A DNA stretch of 50,974 bases. Origin: Burkholderiales bacterium (GTDB lineage: Bacteria > Pseudomonadota > Gammaproteobacteria > Burkholderiales > JAEUOS01). This document shows, one piece after another, positions 45,957 to 50,974 of this stretch (positions are counted from its first letter, which is position 1; each line of letters begins with the position of its first letter). The notes beneath the pieces are model-generated. The model saw only the letters and a list, made by a program, of their open reading frames with translations, made no database searches and was not told the DNA's origin. The stretch spans positions 1-50,974 of the forward strand of contig DATAZV010000324.1 of the NCBI GenBank assembly GCA_036271855.1. Direction: 5' to 3'. The translations under genes and the position numbers were made by a program.

Positions 45957-46946
45957 ATGGCCTTCGAATTCCGCTCCCTCGGCGTAGCGCTGGGTGTCAC
46001 GCTGGGCGCTGCGCTGACCCTGTGCGCCGCCCCCGTGCTGGCGCAGAACTACCCGACCAAGCCGATCAAGTTCATCGCGCCCTACCCGCCCGGCGGCACC
46101 ACCGACGTGCTGGCGCGGGTGCTGGCGCAAAAGCTCGGCGAAACCCTGGGCCAGCCCCTCGCGGTGGAAAACCATCCCGGCGCCGGCGGCAACATCGGCC
46201 AGGAACTGGCTGCCAAGTCGGCGCCCGACGGCTACACCCTGGTGCTCACCGCCAATCCGGCGCTCAATACGAATCAATTTTTGTACAAGCGCCTGGGCTT
46301 CGACCCGTTCAACGATTACGCGCCGATTTCGATCGTCGCCACCGCCGGCAGCGTGGTGGTGGTCAACCCAAAGGTGCCGGCGAAAAGCCTGAACGAGCTG
46401 ATCGCCCTGGCCAAAGCAAAACCCGGCACGCTCAACTTCGGCTCCGGCGGGCGCGGCACTCCGGCGCACGTGTTGGGCGAGGTGTTCAAGTCGATCACCG
46501 GCGTGAACATCGTCCACGTCCCTTACAAAGGCACCATCCAGGCCGTCACCGACCTGGTTGCCGGCCAGGTCGACATCGTGTTTTCCGACATGGTCCCGGC
46601 GGTGCCGCAGATCAAGGGCGGCAACCTGCGCGCGCTGGCCGTCACCACCGAAAAGCGCTCGCCGATCCTGCCGGACGTGCCGACTTTCGTCGAGGCCGGC
46701 GTCTCCAAGCCGATGCCGCAGGGCTGGTGGGCGGTGCTGGCGCCCAAGGGCACGCCGCCTGCGATCATCAACCGCCTGCACGACGACCTGGCGAAGGTGC
46801 TGCAGATGAAGGACGTGCAGGACCGTTACCTCGGCCTGGGCATCGCTACCGCGACGTCGAAGCCGGAAGACGTGATCGCCCGCGCCAGGGCCGAAGCGCC
46901 CGAGATGGGCAAGATCCTCAAGTCCGCGGGCGTCGAGCCCGAGTAA
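45957..46946 (+). CDS. Bug-family tripartite tricarboxylate transporter substrate-binding protein (TctC-like)
   Basis: Signal peptide ending VLAQN, then PIKFIAPYPPGGTTDVLAR Bug signature. GAAGAGA ribosome-binding site. Confidence 0.88.
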   Translation: MAFEFRSLGVALGVTLGAALTLCAAPVLAQNYPTKPIKFIAPYPPGGTTDVLARVLAQKLGETLGQPLAVENHPGAGGNIGQELAAKSAPDGYTLVLTANPALNTNQFLYKRLGFDPFNDYAPISIVATAGSVVVVNPKVPAKSLNELIALAKAKPGTLNFGSGGRGTPAHVLGEVFKSITGVNIVHVPYKGTIQAVTDLVAGQVDIVFSDMVPAVPQIKGGNLRALAVTTEKRSPILPDVPTFVEAGVSKPMPQGWWAVLAPKGTPPAIINRLHDDLAKVLQMKDVQDRYLGLGIATATSKPEDVIARARAEAPEMGKILKSAGVEPE

Positions 46947-47334
46947 GCCCTGCCTGCGGCGCTGCTTGGGCGGCGCCGCGGCTACATCCCTGCAATGCGA
47001 AAATCAACCACACTTGGTTGATGGATGCGTGTATCTTGGTTTCCAATACGCGTCGCATGAGTTGGAATACCGGATTTGTTTTTTGCCGCTGATTCCCGGC
47101 CCGTGTTTCAGGCCGGGCGCATCTTCGTTCCACCATCCTTGGTTGAAAACGCCGGCATGGCATGGCGCCGGCGGCTCACAACGTTTGTGTTGAATGCGGT
47201 CGCGAACTGCGAAAAAAACCTGTTGTTTACTGTTGTTTCGCCAAACGTCGTCGCGGATTTTTGAAAAAACACCCGCATTTACCATCATTTTTCTGCCGGC
47301 ACCACGGATGTTGTAACTCTCGCTCCAGCCCGGA

Positions 47335-48228
47335 TCAGCTATTTTTGGTTGATTTGCGCCGCGCACGAAACCAGGCGGCGGTGGCTTCATCGGCGGGGAA
47401 AAAACTCTCCATCCGCAGTTCGTGCAGGGTGACGTCGTGCGGCGTGCCCAGGGTGGTGACGGTGGTAAAGAGTTTCAGCTCGACGCCGTCGCGATTGAGC
47501 AGCAGGGGCAGGAAGGGAAGCACGCGCGACTCCAGGTTGGGCGTGCGCCAGTCGGCCGGGATGCCGTCGATCTTTAACAATTCGTCCAGCAGTACATGCG
47601 CCGGGCCGGCCGGGCCTTCGGCAATCGCCTCGCGGTGGATCCAGTGCACCACGTCGCCCGCCACCTCGCGCCAGTTGGCGACATGCGCGCGCACCCCCTG
47701 CGGGTGCAGCAGCAGGCGGACGATGTTGATCTCGCCTGCGCTGTCGCGGCCTGCGGCGCCGGATTCTTCGGCGGGCGCGCCGGTGAGCCATTGCATCATC
47801 ACGCCGGCGGCGGCGTTGCGCATCACCAGGTTCCACAGCCGGTCGACGACGATCACCGGAAAAGGCTCGGCCTGCGCCAGCATGAAGTCCAGCGCCCGCT
47901 TGACCTCGCGCAGTTCGGGGTCGGTGAGGTCGCGTTCGCTGTAGGCGGCGGCAAAACCGGCGGCGGTGAGCATCAGGTTGCGCTGGCGCAAGGGAATGTC
48001 CAGCACCAGGCCGAGTTTGAGCACCATTTCGCGGCTGGGCTGGGAGCGGCCGGATTCGAGAAAGCTCAGGTGGCGCTGCGAAATCGCCGCTTCGCCGGCC
48101 AGTTCAAGCTGCGAGTTGCCGCGCTTGCCGCGCCAGTAGCGCAGCAGGTCGCCGAAGGAATCCGGTGTCGGAGCGGCGGAAGCGGTGGCGCGAGGCATGG
48201 CGCGACTATAGCGCGCCGCCCGGCTCAC
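47335..48228 (-). CDS. XRE-type HTH transcriptional regulator, MmyB-like
   Basis: N-terminal HTH (LLRYWRGKRGNSQLELAGEAAISQRHLSFLESGRSQPS) and a C-terminal MmyB-like ligand domain (PVIVVDRLWNLVMRN...LFTTVTTLGTP). Confidence 0.8.
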   Translation of the reverse strand: MSRAARYSRAMPRATASAAPTPDSFGDLLRYWRGKRGNSQLELAGEAAISQRHLSFLESGRSQPSREMVLKLGLVLDIPLRQRNLMLTAAGFAAAYSERDLTDPELREVKRALDFMLAQAEPFPVIVVDRLWNLVMRNAAAGVMMQWLTGAPAEESGAAGRDSAGEINIVRLLLHPQGVRAHVANWREVAGDVVHWIHREAIAEGPAGPAHVLLDELLKIDGIPADWRTPNLESRVLPFLPLLLNRDGVELKLFTTVTTLGTPHDVTLHELRMESFFPADEATAAWFRARRKSTKNS

Positions 48229-48260
48229 AAGCGATTACCCGGCAGGTAATCGCGGCGTCC

Positions 48261-50048
48261 TCATTGGCCGAGCAGGTGGCGCGCCGACTGGTAGAAAACG
48301 AAGGAGACCATCCACGCCAGCACCAGCGGCCAGGCCACCGAGAGCAGGGTGAATTTCGCGCTCTTGGACTCGCTGCGGATCGCCGCGATGGTCGAGACGC
48401 AGGGCGTGTAGATCAGGGTGAAGAGCATGAAGCTCACTGCCTGCGTCCAGTCCATTTGGGTTGCCATGTGGGCGGCCAGGGTGTCTCCCTGCATGCCGTA
48501 GATCACGGCGAAGGCGCCGATGACGATTTCCTTGGCGATGAAGCCGAACATCAGCGCCACCGTCAGCTTGACGTCGATGCCGATCGGCGCCAGCAGGGGC
48601 TGCAGCAGGCGGCCGAGCATGCCGGCCAGGGTGTCCGGCCCGGCCGGCACCGCGTTGAACGGCACGTGGGTGAGGATCCACACGCAGACCACGCCGATGA
48701 TGATCATCTTCGTCGCCCGGTGCAAAAAGTGGCGCACCTCCTGCCAGCCGCGCAGCCAGATCTGCATCGGCGTGGGCATGCGGTAAGGCGGCAGCTCGAT
48801 CACGAAGGGCTCGGTGCTGTGATACCTCTTCTTGAAAATCAGCGCGGTCAGAATGGCGGTGACAAAGCTCATCAGGTAGAGCGAAAACAGCACCCAGGGC
48901 GCGTTGTGCGGGCTGAACATCGCCGCGATCAAAAACAGGAATACCTGCAGGCGCGCCGAGCACAGCGACAGCGGGATCACCAGCATCGACAGCAGGCGGT
49001 GCGGGCGCGAGCGCATCACCCGTGTGCCCATGATGGCCGGCACGTTGCAGCCGAAGCCCATCAGGATCATCACAAAGCTGCGGCCGTCCAGGCCCAGGCG
49101 CGACATCAGCGCATCGGTGAGAAAGGCGGCGCGCGACAAATAGCCGCTGTCTTCCACCACCGCCATGAACAGGAAGAACAGCACGATCAGCGGCACGAAA
49201 GCGGCGACGGTGGACAGGCCCGACCACAGGCCGTCGATCAGGAAGCCCTGGACGAATTGCGGCAAGGGGCTGACCACCGGCTCGACCACCAAGGTCTTGG
49301 CCTGGTCGAACAGCCAGGTCATCGCGCCCTGCAGTGGCGTGCCGAGCAGAAACACCGCCTGGAACAGCAGCAGCATGCAGAGGAAAAACAGCGGCAGGCC
49401 GAAAGCGGGGTGCAGCACCACGCGGTCCAGCTTGTCGCTCAGGTGTTCGGGCAGGCGCGCCGGCACGTGCACGGCCTGGTGCAGGGCCTGCGCGGTCTCG
49501 CGCTCGATTTGTTCCGGCGTGAGCAGGGCATCGAGTTTTGCAGTACCGGCCTCGCGCGGGACGTCCAGGGCCTGGCCGATTTTTTTCAGCGCCGCCGGCT
49601 GGCCTTCGCCGTATTTGGCGGAGATCAGCGCCACCGGCATGGCCAGCGCCGCGGACAATTTTTCGGTATCGACCGTGATGCCGAGCTTGCGCGCTTCGTC
49701 CGCCATGTTGAGCAGCAGCATGCAGGGCAGGCCTAAGGCGCGCACCTGCAGGGCGAGCGTCATCTGGCGCTCGATCTGCACGGTGTTGACGATCAGCAGC
49801 ACCAGGTCGGTGGGCGTGGTCTCGAGGAATTGGCGCACCACGGCTTCGTCGTCGGAGTAGCCGTGCAGGTCGTAGATGCCGGGCAGGTCGACCAATTCGG
49901 CCATGTGGGCGCCGACCAGGATTTTTGCGGTCATCAGGTCGACCGTGATGCCGGGCCAGTTGCCCACGCGCGCGGAAGCGCCGGTGAGACGGTTGAAGAG
50001 CGTCGACTTGCCCGTGTTGGGCATGCCGATCAGGGCGATGCGTTTCAT
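48261..50048 (-). CDS. feoB: ferrous iron transporter FeoB
   Basis: G domain GMPNTGKSTLFN, DLPGIYDL, and a large polytopic membrane domain. Confidence 0.95.
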   Translation of the reverse strand: MKRIALIGMPNTGKSTLFNRLTGASARVGNWPGITVDLMTAKILVGAHMAELVDLPGIYDLHGYSDDEAVVRQFLETTPTDLVLLIVNTVQIERQMTLALQVRALGLPCMLLLNMADEARKLGITVDTEKLSAALAMPVALISAKYGEGQPAALKKIGQALDVPREAGTAKLDALLTPEQIERETAQALHQAVHVPARLPEHLSDKLDRVVLHPAFGLPLFFLCMLLLFQAVFLLGTPLQGAMTWLFDQAKTLVVEPVVSPLPQFVQGFLIDGLWSGLSTVAAFVPLIVLFFLFMAVVEDSGYLSRAAFLTDALMSRLGLDGRSFVMILMGFGCNVPAIMGTRVMRSRPHRLLSMLVIPLSLCSARLQVFLFLIAAMFSPHNAPWVLFSLYLMSFVTAILTALIFKKRYHSTEPFVIELPPYRMPTPMQIWLRGWQEVRHFLHRATKMIIIGVVCVWILTHVPFNAVPAGPDTLAGMLGRLLQPLLAPIGIDVKLTVALMFGFIAKEIVIGAFAVIYGMQGDTLAAHMATQMDWTQAVSFMLFTLIYTPCVSTIAAIRSESKSAKFTLLSVAWPLVLAWMVSFVFYQSARHLLGQ

Positions 50049-50290
50049 GCGGCGGGGATTTCCTCAGGCACCGGCAGCACCTCGATCTGCGCCGCTTCCG
50101 AGCGGCGCAGGATCACGTCGGTGGTACCCAGGCGCACCTGCAGGGGGCCGGAGAGGGCGCCGTGGCGCACGATCTGCAAGGGCTTGCCGGTGCGAAAGCC
50201 AAGCGCGGCCAGGCGATGCGCCAGATGCTCGCTCGAATGCACCGCCGTCACCCGGGCGTGCTGGCCCGGCGCCAGGTCGGTCAGGCGCAT
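50045..50290 (-). CDS. feoA: ferrous iron transport protein FeoA
   Basis: 81 aa. SH3-like FeoA pattern LAPGQHARV...RLAALGFRTGKPL. ATGA overlap with feoB. The upstream part of ORF 50045..50437 is rejected. Confidence 0.88.
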   Translation of the reverse strand: MRLTDLAPGQHARVTAVHSSEHLAHRLAALGFRTGKPLQIVRHGALSGPLQVRLGTTDVILRRSEAAQIEVLPVPEEIPAA

Positions 50291-50352
50291 GGTGGGAGTC
50301 GGGGCGGGCGTGGTCACAGCTGGTGGTTGCGGCGGAGCAGCCGCACGATGAC

Positions 50353-50371
50353 TTAAATGAGAATTACTATC
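50353..50371 (-). promoter_or_regulatory. candidate Fur box upstream of feoA
   Basis: TTAAATGAGAATTACTATC matches GATAATGATAATCATTATC at 13/19 (12/19 on the other strand). It lies in an AT-rich patch 63-81 nt upstream of the feoA ATG. Confidence 0.4.
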
Positions 50372-50554
50372 AATACGGCATTGTAGCCGAATTGGATGTA
50401 TCCGGGTGGCCAAGCGCAACCGGGATGCCGACCGCACTGCGCTTATGCCTTCCTGGTTGCGCCTGCGGAAAGGCCGGATACATGAGCGGCGCGGCGGCAG
50501 CCAGGAAGACCGGGCGCGGGACCGGCGGACGGCGCGCCCCGGCGGGAGCCGGGG

Positions 50555-50974
50555 TCAGATCGCCGGCAGCTTGGCGACGAACTCTTCCTGCGGCACCGGG
50601 CGGCCGAAGAAAAATCCCTGCAGCAGCTGGCATTGCTGCTCCAGCAGAAACTGCGCCTGCGGCATGGTTTCCACGCCTTCAGCCACGGTTTTCATGCCGA
50701 GGTCATGGGACAGGCGGATCAGCGCGGCGACGATCTTGCGGTCGACTTCAGAATGCTCCAGGCGGCCGACGAAGCTGGCGTCGATTTTCACCGCCGAGAT
50801 CGGCAGGCGCGCCAGGTGGCTGATGGAATTGAAGCCGACGCCGAAATCGTCGATGGCGATGGTCACGCCGTATTCGCGGATCAGGGCCATCAGCTCGGCG
50901 GCCTGGTTGAAGCTCTCCAGCACGGCGGTTTCGGTGAGCTCGATCTCCAGTAGCTGGTTCGGCAGGTTCAGCGA
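50555..50974 (-). CDS. EAL domain (c-di-GMP phosphodiesterase) protein, C-terminal part (5' end outside window)
   Basis: The frame is open to the window edge (SLNLPNQLLEIELTETAVLE...). IAIDDFGVGFNS, VKIDASFV, and VAEGVETMPQAQFL...GFFFGRP EAL motifs. Confidence 0.88.
   Translation of the reverse strand, partial: SLNLPNQLLEIELTETAVLESFNQAAELMALIREYGVTIAIDDFGVGFNSISHLARLPISAVKIDASFVGRLEHSEVDRKIVAALIRLSHDLGMKTVAEGVETMPQAQFLLEQQCQLLQGFFFGRPVPQEEFVAKLPAI

Noticed and set aside
48165-49736. 523-aa plus-strand ORF over feoB
   Set aside because: It is antisense to an unambiguous feoB and has extreme Q/H/R/D composition.

Overview
This is a high-GC (about 65%), densely coding chromosomal segment. Its gene content and order look like a betaproteobacterium of the Burkholderiales, possibly Oxalobacteraceae-like; that placement is inference from synteny, Bug-family proteins and the cox cluster layout. 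I can support about 55 protein genes.

I found no rRNA, tRNA, CRISPR array, transposase, integrase or prophage gene. The many long R/A/G/P-rich ORFs in the six-frame track are antisense or off-frame artefacts of GC-rich DNA.

Housekeeping blocks:
- rhodanese(partial)-grxC-secB-SH3-gpsA, then trmL, comF and bioC
- a complete aa3-type cytochrome c oxidase structural and assembly cluster: coxB-coxA-34aa small protein-ctaG-DUF2970-coxC, then twin-TM small protein, surf1, an SCO-like protein, cox15, ctaB and sco
- ftsY-ftsE-ftsX
- an M16 peptidase pair, then rsmD-coaD-yfhL
- ndh and feoAB

Accessory-looking genes are interspersed among these:
- LLM oxidoreductase with an SMI1/KNR4 protein
- an orphan FAD monooxygenase
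- Tat-PhoX and a Tat-hemerythrin
- an MFS transporter, two orphan Bug binding proteins and a PACE efflux protein
- a stand-alone dynamin-like GTPase
- DUF1415, GST, PPOX, SMP-30 and SGNH genes
- a TPR-GT9/HAD/EamA operon
- an MmyB-like regulator

Observations most worth a second look:
1. A composite double-hairpin repeat occurs three times, always immediately 3' of a stop codon and in the same orientation relative to that gene.
2. An 857-bp relatively AT-rich non-coding region lies between the dynamin-like gene and an unclassifiable 190-aa gene. It carries a good sigma-54 type -24/-12 match and upstream direct repeats.
3. A tightly packed TPR-GT9 / small HAD phosphatase / EamA transporter operon.
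4. An MmyB-like regulator sits where FeoC would be, downstream of feoAB.

I cannot show from sequence alone that any of these is a new biological system. They are ranked candidates, not claims.
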